Shown: positions 11,168 through 22,779 of the stretch, in pieces
How positions within the stretch are numbered: the stretch's first letter is position 1
How the letters are laid out: every line of letters starts with the position of its first letter
Assembly: GCA_051453625.1 (NCBI GenBank)
Contig: JBOZIK010000001.1
Span: forward strand, 45,676,921-45,709,060
DNA length: 32,140 nt
Source of the DNA: Welwitschia mirabilis
Lineage: Eukaryota
Direction of reading: 5' to 3'
Translations under genes and position numbers: made by a program
Notes under the pieces: model-generated
What the model was told of the DNA's origin: nothing
Database searches by the model: none
The model's input: the letters and a program-made list of their open reading frames with translations, nothing else

Positions 11168-12284
11168 TATTTATTTCATGGTTTAAATGTTATTCATGAT
11201 TTCAAGGATTTTTTCTCAATTTAATTTTGTACTTAATGAGTTTTATCACATCTACATCCTCATTCTTTTTATGTATATTATAATAAAACTAATGAGCCAT
11301 CTAATTAGGGATATCCTATGTGAGATCTATTAATTTTTTCCATCCAAGATGCTTAAAATAACTATGGATTTCTCTCTTTGTATTTCGTTAAAACTAAGAG
11401 TTGTTCCTATAGCTATATTGACTATTTTATACTTTACATACTTTTTTTATCATTTGAATTAATGAATGATATCTTTACTTTGCTCTTAGGTAACCTATTT
11501 TTATTTCTCTATCCAAAATACATTTCTAAATCTAGGGATAATTTTGGTGTAAGTTATTTAAGAAGAAAATGATAAAATATTGATATATGAATTAAGAACT
11601 TAAAATTCAAGGGATAAGAAGTCTCCCAAGTGAGTAGATGCTTTAATGTAAAAGAAGAAGATGTATTAAAATGGCCAAACTTGTAGGTTGAATGACTTAA
11701 TAAACTTGAATGATAGACATCTAACTTACGGGAATTCAAAAATGATATTTGGAAAGAAGGTTTGGAAAGAAGGGTTTATCTTTCTAAACATGCCTAACAC
11801 TAATTATTTACTTTTTCCTCCTTGTAGTTTTAGCAATATTTTATATTTCTCTAAAGTTAAAGTCATCTAGTACATGCTTTAGAAATTTACATAGCATGGG
11901 AGATGTCGATGTTAAATTGATCTTACAAAAATCAAATTTTTGACAAAAGACATCTATGAACTTACAAGATTGTTACACTTAAAATAAATGGAAAATGCTA
12001 AAAATGAATCATCATCTAATCATCATGAGACCTTTTAATAAAGAAGAGATGCAAAAACATGAATTATGCATCAGATGTCTATAATAACATAAGATATCTA
12101 TTACATGTAGAAATGTCTACTAAATAGAATATGACTACCTAAAACAAGCTTAAAAAATTACAAAATGGTAAAAATTCATGACAAAACTACTAATAATGCA
12201 TGAAAAATCTAGGGAAAAAAATTTCATAATGTCAAAACATTAGAGTTAATTGAAATACATGTATCTCTAACTTATCTAATGGGG

Positions 12285-12854
12285 TATGGCCCAATCCTTA
12301 ACTTTCTATAGAACTTGTTGAAGTTAACTTCATCTATAGGTTAGGTAAAAATGTTAGCCAATTTGTCTTTTATCTTAACATATTTCAAATTGATTTATCT
12401 ACTTTACACATGATCACAAAGAAAATGATGATGGATTTCTACGTTCTTTATGTGGGAGTGATAAATAGGATTCTTTAACATGATGATCATACTTTTGTTG
12501 TCATAGTACACTAGAATATGCCTCATGATAATAAAAGTATTTAAGAATTTATTTCATCCATAGAATTTATTCACAATATATTCATACAGTAATGTACTCA
12601 GTTTCTATGGAATTTTGCTTTTAACTGCTCCACACCATTAGGAATTGATTAAGAAAGCAATAATATCCACTTGTGCTTCTCATATCATCTTTGAAACTTG
12701 TGCATTACAATATTTAATATGATCAATGAAGGAGCCCCTAGAATACTAAAGAATGTAATTTATTTTAAATAGTAAAAATCTCATTTAATAGCTTTTAGAT
12801 GTAATTCATTTGAATCATTCTAGTAGTGAGTAGATATTTAAGTACTTAACATTA
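12285..12854 (-). pseudogene. pol: Ty1/copia (Sirevirus-like) RT C-terminus and RNase H relic
   Basis: ELHLKAIK...DDMRSTSGYYCFLNQFLMVWSS*KQNS..ETEYI...ILWMK*IL...YYDNKSMIIMLKNPIYHSHIKNVEIHHHFLCDHV...KLANIFT*PI matches copia DRKSTSG, WSSKKQ, NPVxHSRTKHIEIRHHF and LADIFTKPL motifs. Confidence 0.9.
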
Positions 12855-13150
12855 TGTTAGGTGTAGAGGAAGTAAAATAAAGTGAACTACTAATTATACC
12901 TCTACATATTTAAATACTCAGCATCAAGTTTATAAATACAATGAAAGCAATCTAAGAAAATAATTAACTAAAGAATAATAATTGCTTACCTAATATAAAG
13001 TTTATAAGAAGAAGTAATCTGATGAAGTCTTTAATCCTCGTTTATCCCTAATGTTGAAGATTCTTTTTTTCTTTTAGTAGTATTCCTCTTATATAGTCAA
13101 AAAGGAATACTTATTTAAATGGACTTAGTTGAGGATGCCCTTATGGTTTG
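12855..13150 (-). mobile_element. Probable LTR 3' end of another element inserted into the copia RT
   Basis: Copia homology stops exactly at TGTTAGGTGTAGAGG (minus strand ...CCTCTACACCTAACA). Minus-strand TATATAA near 13090-13096. Right boundary not defined. Confidence 0.4.
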
Positions 13151-13354
13151 ATCATTTTATACCTTTTCATGAGAGGTTTTCAATTTAGATTATGGAAAGA
13201 ATAACATGTAAAAAATGAGAAAATCCTTATCTTATAATGGGTGTTTTATTTTTGCATTTTAAGTTGAAGTAGACATATTTATCTTTGTAGATTTCTTTAA
13301 CTCTATAAATGTATTTAATCCATAGCTATGCATGCTTTACAGATAATCAAATTA

Positions 13355-14497
13355 TGATTCTATATGATTGCCACTCACATTTGGATTTCACAATTTATAA
13401 ACCAGAATCCTCATTATAGTAGAGATTAATGTTGTTCTTTTCAAAGGAATAAATTAAGGTAGAATACTTAACAAAGATAACACAAAGTTTTGTAAACTTG
13501 TAATGAATTAAAAAAGTTAAAAATTGAGGTTACGATGAGATTTAACTTGGATGGTAAAGTAGGAAAATAGGCCAACTCCAAGGGTTTATCTTAAATCATC
13601 CAATAGTAAACCTTCACTCTAACAATATTTTATAAATTCCTAAAACAAATATTAAATTATTTAGTCATTATGGCTTAGGTTATGATGACATAGTCTCATT
13701 TAATACATGAGTGTTAATGAATTTCTTAGCCACTTTGGTCCTTCATAGCCTTTTATAAGCATGAAAAATAAGAACTAACATGCTAAAGATCCATCAAATA
13801 GAATAACTATAGTTAAAATTAAATTTATGGAACTTACTCGATAGTGCAAGAACTCAATAATAACAACTTAAAATCAAAGATGAATAACTATTACTTCATG
13901 AAAATAGGAATTACATTACATTGTAGGAAGAAAGTAAGATTGATATAAACTTCTCAAATCTAGCCTTAAAGCTAGCCAACTCTTAAAGGGAAATCTTATA
14001 AAGATATCAAGAAGAATGCTCCATTCCAAATTTTTTACCACTAAGATCCATGAAAGATATTACAATGAGGTTCTCAACCTTTTTATAGGTAAGGGTAGGG
14101 TTGAGGTGGGTAGTTATAATTCTTTATTATGTAAGATTAGGTTATGTGATTAGATCTTTTATCTTGTAGTTCTTAGTGGAAGTTATCATTATGAATTCAA
14201 TAATTAATCTTTGAATCATGATGCATCTATCAACTAGTGCTATTACCATGTTTCTCTAATGGTACCATCACATGTCACTACCACATGTTATTGACACATG
14301 TCTCCTACACCACTAACTAAGATAATAACTAGAATTTGATTACCTTTTCATGATGATTTTGAAAAATACATTACAAGCAAGTTTCATCAAATGACTGACA
14401 TCACCATATAAGTAACCAGTGCTTTTAGTTTTTATACTTGTTAAGCTCTAGTTTATGGCACATGCTCCAAAATGTTGCTAAATTTCTAAAAATGTCA
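13355..14497 (-). mobile_element. Probable second-family Athila-like LTR (solo?)
   Basis: Minus strand begins TGACATTTTTAGAAATTTAGCAACATTTTGGAGCATG (Athila-like start). Minus-strand TATAAAA at about 14081-14087 and decayed CACGTG-like motifs at 14270-14300. No target-site duplication (TSD) found; left end tentative. Confidence 0.35.
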
Positions 14498-15683
14498 TGG
14501 AGAAATGCATAAGATCAAGGATGACATAGAAAACAGCTAAAGATAAAAATTTTTGGATTAAATTATTTAAATTAATATTTTCACTATGACTTCAAATAAA
14601 TGTCAATTTTTACATGTTAACATTTATCAAAAGATCTCCTAGTGTAAATGTTTTCAATCTTTATAGACATCATTTTTCAATGATCTTCTATTCTACCAAG
14701 ACTTCTTCACATGAGAAGATGTTTAAAATCTAGATGAAGTAATTCTCCAAAGGTAGATTTTTTTATTTCAATGGATGTCTTCTATTATGATTTGGTAATT
14801 CAACTAAGACATCTTTTGTCTTATAGATTTTGATGATATTGTAGTATCTTTATAAAATGTAGATGTTCTTTATCATGATTTATTAGTCTAACCAAGACTA
14901 CTTTCATCCTATAGACATCTAGTAATATGGTAGATGTCTTTGAAAAATTTGTAACTCTTCTCCAAAAAAAATACCAAAAATAGATGAAAGTTCATTAAGA
15001 TATCATATTTTAAATTAAACTTGAAACACTCAAAAAATGTCTTGTAAACATCTTTTATGCATTTAATGGAAACTTGGATTTCATGATTCTTATTCACAAA
15101 TGACATAATTTAACAAGTTTAAACATTAAAACTAAGTAGTTCAACATTAACTTGCTTAAGATTCATATTATTGAAGAAGAACTTAAAAATATCTACTTCA
15201 TTATGTTTGATAATAAAACTCTAAACTTCAATGGCATACATATAAAATTTTGTAAAGAGTAATAGAATATTACTAGCAATGACTACTTTTAGGTAACTAA
15301 AGAAGTCATTTCTACACACATGCTAGGATGTAATTTAAATAAATAACTTATTATACCACTTTCCAAATTTGGTAATAAAAATATAATTAATAGTTATAAT
15401 TTAAAAAAATTATTAAATATTTCTTACAAAATTTTGATTTTTTTTTTTGTGCCAAGACTATAGAAGATTATTCCAGGTATTTTTAGTCTAGATGAAATAG
15501 GCTATATCAATTCTTAATACATTATTAATAATGTGATATTAGATTGAAAAGAATATCAATGGACATTAGATAATAAGTAGAATATATTCTTCATCAAAAT
15601 TGACTATATCAAGTAATTAGATTATATTTTTTAGAAAATTATTTTAAAAGTTATGGAAAAGATTGAATTTGTTTTTAGGTTTT

Positions 15684-15721
<38 letters not shown>
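15684..15721. repeat. Compound microsatellite (TG)4(TA)15
   Basis: Read directly. Confidence 0.95.
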
Positions 15722-15724
<3 letters not shown>

Positions 15725-15839
15725 GAATACCTTTTTGTTGGTGCTAATGCTAGTATATTAATTAATGTAAAAATTTTTAGTACTTCTATTATAGAAAGCT
15801 TAGTAGGGTAGGGTTTTCCAATTCACTCTTTTCTCTCAC

Positions 15840-17210
15840 TTCTTCACCTTTTCTTTAAGAGTGTATGGTTATGTGGGATTTATTTATTTTAAAAAATAGG
15901 AATAATGATCATGATCTATTGTATCTATGCTAAATATATGATCACCATGATGTCTGACTACATCAAGATAAATTTTGTAAAAGGAACTTCTGGTAGTATT
16001 AATAGTTGTGGTAATTCTACTAGGGATCAATTGGTCATGCTTCATGAGTTCTTACTTCTCTGACTATGGTTACACTCCCCTCATAATAAAAAATAGTAAT
16101 AAAACTTTAAAGCTATAGGATTAGTAATGTTCTTGGTATTATTAAAGGCATTGTTTAATTCCTAGACTCTGATTATTTTTACATGATCATTTTATTTNNN
16201 NNNNNNNNNNNNNNNNNNNNNNNNNNNNNNNNNNNNNNNNNNNNNNNNNNNNNNNNNNNNNNNNNNNNNNNNNNNNNNNNNNNNNNNNNNNNNNNNNNNN
16301 NNNNNNNNNNNNNNNNNNNNNNNNNNNNNNNNNNNNNNNNNNNNNNNNNNNNNNNNNNNNNNNNNNNNNNNNNNNNNNNNNNNNNNNNNNNNNNNNNNNN
16401 NNNNNNNNNNNNNNNNNNNNNNNNNNNNNNNNNNNNNNNNNNNNNNNNNNNNNNNNNNNNNNNNNNNNNNNNNNNNNNNNNNNNNNNNNNNNNNNNNNNN
16501 NNNNNNNNNNNNNNNNNGACTCTTATTATTTTTACATGATCATTTCATTTTTTAGTATTAGGGTGTATTTTGGGATGTGAATAAGTGAGTTTATTTTTGA
16601 GTAGATTTTGATCTTATGATTCATTGTTTAGAGCATTTAATATTTGACATTATCATAATCACTGCCTTTTCAAGTAAAACTTTATAGAGTTGGTACAATT
16701 TGTCATGCATCTTTACTCAGGTAACTTTATAATATCTATTGAGGAATTTTCTAGATTAGGATTTAGGATAGGTATGCTATCTTTTTCATGTTCCTAATTG
16801 TCTATTTTCATTTTATTTTCTTTGGTTGTTTGATTTGTTATTTTAAAGTTATTTTTGTATCTTTTCATCACCATTTTAAGACCTTATCATTTAGTAGTTT
16901 CTTTTTTATTATTTTCATTTTTACTTGTGTTTTTTTATTAATATAAATTGAATTTGTTTTATTATTTTGATTAGATGATGTGTTTTACAATTTCCATAAT
17001 ATTCCTTTATAGTCTTTTTGGAGTTCTACATATTTTTCATAATCATTTTTTAGTTTGGGCACATTTTTTATGTTTATTTTATCATGTTTTATCCTACTTA
17101 GTACATTTTTGTTATCTGTCTTCTGATTATTTAGATTTTTCCTCATTTTCAATCCTTATTCATCATGATTCTTCATCATTTTCTATCTTTTAAACTATTT
17201 GATAAATACT
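15840..17210 (-). pseudogene. Degenerate unidentified ORF relic, copy 2 (spans gap 16198-16517)
   Basis: Colinear with 2370-3350. Minus strand gives KLTYSHPKI...NDHVKIIRV*E...MPLIIPRTLLIL...YYEGSVTIVREVRTHEA*PID. Confidence 0.55.
16198..16517. other. Assembly gap (320 N), probably spurious
   Basis: Run of N flanked by a 33-bp near-identical direct repeat. Confidence 1.
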
Positions 17211-17424
17211 AATATCTTCATACTGATATTTAAGCCTAATGTTTTTTACTGATATCTTTATTTCTCTAAACTTTTTCAAAGTTCTATCATCCACCATGCT
17301 ATCTAGACAAACAAGTAGATAATAGCCTAAGATTTTTCTGATAGTCATCTTAGGATTATCATCTGGATGACTTGAGTGAATGAAAGTGTGATAAAACCAT
17401 GGATAAACCTCATTTTCCATCATT

Positions 17425-18074
17425 NNNNNNNNNNNNNNNNNNNNNNNNNNNNNNNNNNNNNNNNNNNNNNNNNNNNNNNNNNNNNNNNNNNNNNNNNNNN
17501 NNNNNNNNNNNNNNNNNNNNNNNNNNNNNNNNNNNNNNNNNNNNNNNNNNNNNNNNNNNNNNNNNNNNNNNNNNNNNNNNNNNNNNNNNNNNNNNNNNNN
17601 NNNNNNNNNNNNNNNNNNNNNNNNNNNNNNNNNNNNNNNNNNNNNNNNNNNNNNNNNNNNNNNNNNNNNNNNNNNNNNNNNNNNNNNNNNNNNNNNNNNN
17701 NNNNNNNNNNNNNNNNNNNNNNNNNNNNNNNNNNNNNNNNNNNNNNNNNNNNNNNNNNNNNNNNNNNNNNNNNNNNNNNNNNNNNNNNNNNNNNNNNNNN
17801 NNNNNNNNNNNNNNNNNNNNNNNNNNNNNNNNNNNNNNNNNNNNNNNNNNNNNNNNNNNNNNNNNNNNNNNNNNNNNNNNNNNNNNNNNNNNNNNNNNNN
17901 NNNNNNNNNNNNNNNNNNNNNNNNNNNNNNNNNNNNNNNNNNNNNNNNNNNNNNNNNNNNNNNNNNNNNNNNNNNNNNNNNNNNNNNNNNNNNNNNNNNN
18001 NNNNNNNNNNNNNNNNNNNNNNNNNNNNNNNNNNNNNNNNNNNNNNNNNNNNNNNNNNNNNNNNNNNNNNNNNN
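17425..18074. other. Assembly gap (650 N)
   Basis: Run of N. Confidence 1.
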
Positions 18075-18599
18075 CATTCTTGTGTCATTTTCAAGCATTC
18101 CTTTGAGAGATAATCATCACCTTTGGAGCTATCAATGTCTTGGATCTTTTACTTGTGGCTTTAACATCTAAGACTATGAGATTTAATAAAATTTGTCAAA
18201 ATGAGGTATAGTTTCCTATCCCTTATTATTTATGATTTTTTCTCCTAGTTTTTAGCCTTTTAGAGCCTAGTTTTCACATATATCGTTTAGATTTTCATGC
18301 TCTTAATTTGGTACTTACAGATTTGATTTTCATTAAGTATTTTATAAGATATCTAAATTTGTGTATTCTATAAGGTAAAATTAGGTTTTTATTTTTAAAT
18401 ATTATTTTCTTGAAAACTGTAAGCCAAAATATATAGGCCCTCATAGCTAAATTGATTAATGCGATGAGCTCTACACTTTTACTAAATTAGTTTTTCAATT
18501 TGAGCACTTTCATTTTTAACCTTCTGTGGGGTCCATCCATTTTATATTTTTTCATTTTTCTTATGTTTCACAGTTTTTATTCATGTAATTAGGTAATAG

Positions 18600-19934
18600 G
18601 AGATGTATTAATTCTCTTGAGGAGAAGGCAAAACATATTTTCATAATTTTTACACCAAAAATATAATTTCTGGGATCGTTTAGAGCTTTCACGAGATACA
18701 TTTTAGTGATTTCTAATTTATCTCACATGATGTACTTTATGTCTTTGATTGGTTAGGCCACATATATGATGAGCTAGATAGGTTAAGGCTAAGGTTGAGC
18801 TATCAAAGTAGGATGTGGGCTTACTAGTCCCACCTATGATTAAGCATGCGGAGCCCATGCATCCACCACCTTAAGAGGCTTGATCCATGTCTATATAGTC
18901 AGCTTTTATCCATGTAGGGAGATACTCTAGAGACTTTATGAGTAGGATTAATTTGGAGGTAGATCAAAGATTGATAGATTTATAACTTAGATGGATGGTA
19001 AATGCACATGAAGTTTATTACATCCCTAAGGCTAGAGAGATTTAGGACATGATGTACATTGAGTAGAGGTTTGATACTCATGATCACATAATTAACATGA
19101 TTACATCTACGATCCATAATCACAAGATATCTATTCTCCCAAGCCATATGGTTACTAAATTAGGTGGTATTATAAGCACACATATTCATTGAGCTACTGT
19201 ATAGAGGAGCTTCATGCTTATGACATAGCATTAGACATACTAGCTAATGTTACAGGAGACAAGTAAGGAGTTTTGATGACACATCTATTATCCACCTATC
19301 AGATTCTACATAGAGGATTGATCAATAAGATTAGCCCTTTCTTACATAACAGTCATGCTATGATAGCCCATATTCAAATGCTGGTAATGTTCAAATAGGA
19401 GGAGCAAATGAACTTATTAATGTTTATCTAGAGGAAACTCAAGATGATGATTGAGGCTCATTACATATAGATTCTAGGATATCCATGCCTTGTCTTAGCT
19501 ATTTTCAGATGCTTTAGTATACTTAAGTCTATAGGTGATCAGTAGGTTACATATCTTTAGACATCAGCTTATTACCTATAAGACATGGGTAGGGACCTTA
19601 GGTATAGAGACCTGTGATTGTTGTGATCCTTGAGAAAATACAAGATCTCCTTGTACACACAACATAGGGCCTTAGAGAGGCTATGAACTAAGGCTTTACT
19701 AAGCTACATTAGAGGATATTCATGATTAAAAGGAGAGTCTAATGCACCAAGGAGTAGCTCACTGATATGCATGATTACATATTGTGCATTAAGCACGATG
19801 TTACAGTAGACATCCTAGAGGCAATCCAAGCATAGGGAGATGCGATCACACATTCCGTCATGAAATTCCTTCACCATCATTTTCCTATATATTATAAGCA
19901 TCCTCCATATTCTCCACCTACACTAAGATTGTAG
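18600..19934 (+). pseudogene. Degenerate extra (env-like) ORF in the 3' internal region of an Athila-like element
   Basis: More GC-balanced than its flanks and located upstream of PPT+LTR, where Athila env-like ORFs sit. Ends LTDMHDYILCIKHDVTVDILEAIQA*GDAITHSVMKFLHHHFPIYYKHPPYSPPTLRL*. Call is mostly positional. Confidence 0.45.
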
Positions 19935-20472
19935 CACATTAGGAATTCATTCTGGCATGATGAGGGGAGTGACTTATTATGTTGTATTATGTACCTTCCC
20001 TTGGTGGATTGTATAAAAACTTATGACTTTATACATATCATTTTTTGAGTATTAACATGGTGTACACTCTTATTTTTAAGATATTATGCACATTAGTTAT
20101 ATATTTTTGACATTTCATCATGATGACTTTTTATGTTATACATAATTATTTTTATGGTACATTCTACATTTGATTGGAGGGGTATTTATTTTATTGAGTT
20201 TAGTATTTATCTCTTTGAAAACTTTTTCATAGGCTTCTACTTTTCAAGAATTCTTTTTCAGCCTATTGCCCACTTCATAATTTAGAAAATTGATAAGACG
20301 ATAGTATGACTACTTACTTTGCATAGGTGAAACATTCAATTATCTATTTTTGACATTTAATTCCTATATTCTAATATTTTTGAGATTATTTCTAAGTTTA
20401 TTTTATAGTTCCATAGTTGATTTATCTTTAGTCAATTTGGCTTATAATCATGATTGTTTGACTAACATTATT

Positions 20473-20501
20473 GGGGACTAATAAGACTAATTAAGAGGCT
20501 A
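20473..20501 (+). promoter_or_regulatory. PPT region preceding LTR L3
   Basis: GGGGACTAATAAGACTAATTAAGAGGCTA-TG is homologous to 3580-3608 and 31891-31919(-). Confidence 0.75.
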
Positions 20502-21745
20502 TGTTGCGATGTCAAATTGTATGTATTTGATAAGGTATTTTAAGTAGTTTTGATGGAAATTAGACAAGTTTATACTAAGTTTTGATGATGATGGAAAGCT
20601 AAGGCAAATATCATAAAAATGTGCAAGGTTCCTTATATTTGAAATCATTTAAGGAAAATTACAATACTTCTTATTTGAAGCAAAAATTCTATAGTTAAAG
20701 AGGATAATTTGACACAAGAAATAAGTTTATAAAGCCCATCATTCACTTTATCATCTAGATGATAATACAGATGATAAAAGAAGTTGTACTAAATAAGAGA
20801 CTTATTAGACCAAATTTGCAACTGATGTGGATCTTGTATGATATGGTATAATCTCTTATAACATCTGAATGACTAGCAAGATGATGCCTAAAAATAACTA
20901 TTTATTAAACTTTCACCATGTGTCATGTGCCTTATTGTGTAGCCTTTAGGATTTTACCACATCTATTAAGGTTTTCTATTTTTAGAGTTTTGTTTATATT
21001 AAATACCTCATTTATCCTTGACTTTATATTCATTTTCTTTATAAAAGAAATTATTATGATAGGAGATCGAAGGATAGGAAATTCATTTCTTGTTATTGTA
21101 AAGAGATGGTCTTCCTTAGTATTGGGATTTATATCCTTCATTTAGGTGCTACTACTTTGTAACATAGATGTTGGTTTGAATTAATTAAAACTTTATTTCT
21201 CTTTTTATATCTTTTATTATGTGCATCTTCCTTATGGTTTATGTTGCTTATGATTCCATGATAGCTTCATATATGATATAGATCATGAGAGCAACCTTTG
21301 TTAAGGTTGACACTGATAGCTAAGTTACATTTCATTTTATTTCTCAGATTAACTTTACATATTTTCATATTCTGTTCGACATACTAAATAGTTAGGTTGG
21401 TTTTGATTAGTAACAATTTCCTTGATTGATGTATGTTATACAGGGCTAATCTCTATAAAGGATTGATTTAGTAATTAAATAGATATTCCATTTATATTAG
21501 TCTTACATCTCATTTTCATAGTGTATTTACTTCCATTGTTTACTTCCATTGCATTTTGTTCTACTTAGAAAATACATAAATATTTCATTTGAAATTAATT
21601 CTCTTTCTTTTCACTTGTGCCTTTGATAGATTATGAAATTTAGATCACTATCATTTATATTAGTGTATTGTATTTTGCAATATATTTTTCTAATTGATAG
21701 GATTTAATAAGAACATGAAAGATTGTACAAATACACACCATAACA
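20502..21745 (+). mobile_element. Athila-like 3' LTR, copy L3 (about 1244 bp)
   Basis: TGTTGCGATGTCAAATTGTATGTATTTGAT...TACACACCATAACA. Termini and U5 region match 27040-28551. TATAAAA at about 21040. Confidence 0.85.
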
Positions 21746-22779
21746 CTTGGTATCCTTGATTTTCTACAAACTCTATAAAGTGGAGGTAGTATTTTCATTT
21801 GTCAATTTTACCTATCTAATAAGAAAAGATAATGATGTAAATTTTTCTTATTAATTAAATATTTTCATTCTTATATTTATATATTTTAGATGGTATTTGA
21901 TATTTCGCTTTAGTATTTAGGTTAATATACTAGTTAGTTAATAGGTTGGTTAGTTAGTATGTTAGTGTGTATATATATATCGTTATATTGCTAGTACAAA
22001 ATGCCATTTGGCATGAGGATAAGGAAGAATGTTAAGATGATGAAAATGTAACAAAAACCCTAATCATAAACATATTCTTGAAGAGAAAAGAGGAAACACA
22101 ATAAAACAAAAAGAGGTAAAGGATATAAGAAGAAGATCATCATGGACAGTAGGGGTTTTTTTGGCAAAAAGGCTCTAGAAATAGAAGTTAGCAAGAGGTC
22201 AAAGGAAAGCTCTAGATATACTAGCAAGGGCATAGTAGCACCTCTAATGCTCCAATGTTACCTACAGAAGAAAATAAAAACTCATCAGTATATTTCTATG
22301 TAATGTTTTGGTATTTTAATATAAAGCTAAAAAGTTAATCTTTTTGAGAAGTATTCTGAACATGTTTTATTACTTGAAAAAATAATATTCTCTTTTACTT
22401 CCTCATTTTTATGCAGCTAAATATGAATTAAGATAATTATAAATACTTAGAATTAATTATTTTTTAGTTTTTAGTGGAGATTTTATTGTATTTTTCCATT
22501 TTCTTCATTCCCCTTAATGTAACATTTGTATAAAGAAAACTCATCAATTATCAACCTAACTAGTTCAAATAACTTCATCATGAGTTTATCTTAATGACGA
22601 ATTTTGAACTAAATGATTGAAGTGTTAGTGTTTTAGCTAGCTCTTTAATAAATCTTTAATTTTAATTTAGTGGTTTAAGCCTATTTCAGATTAATAACAT
22701 CATAATTATTGTGCATTTTTTAGCATAATTTCATAGCATTTTCTATATTAATTTTACAATATAAGATTTCCTCATTTTA

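Noticed and set aside
16183..18113. Long ORFs in the supplied track (16183-16539, 17190-18098, 17376-18113, 17399-18106, 17420-18094)
   Set aside because: They are open only because they run through N-gaps.
3609..21745. L2 and L3 as the two LTRs of one large element
   Set aside because: Both have a PPT upstream, L2 has no PBS downstream, lengths and sequences differ, and outer flanks do not form a TSD.
21748..21754. TGGTATC as an initiator-Met tRNA PBS
   Set aside because: Only 7 nt match and AGAGC is missing; this family uses a tRNA-Asp-type PBS at 28555. Kept only as a possible decayed Asp PBS.
21910..21980. TTAG-rich stretch as a telomere-like repeat
   Set aside because: Irregular low-complexity sequence ending in a short (TG)(TA) microsatellite; no TTTAGGG or TTAGG periodicity.
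22000..22420. Exon-like purine-rich segment with nearby splice-like sites as a host gene fragment
   Set aside because: Multiple stops, no recognisable motif; more simply part of the leader or upstream region of element A.
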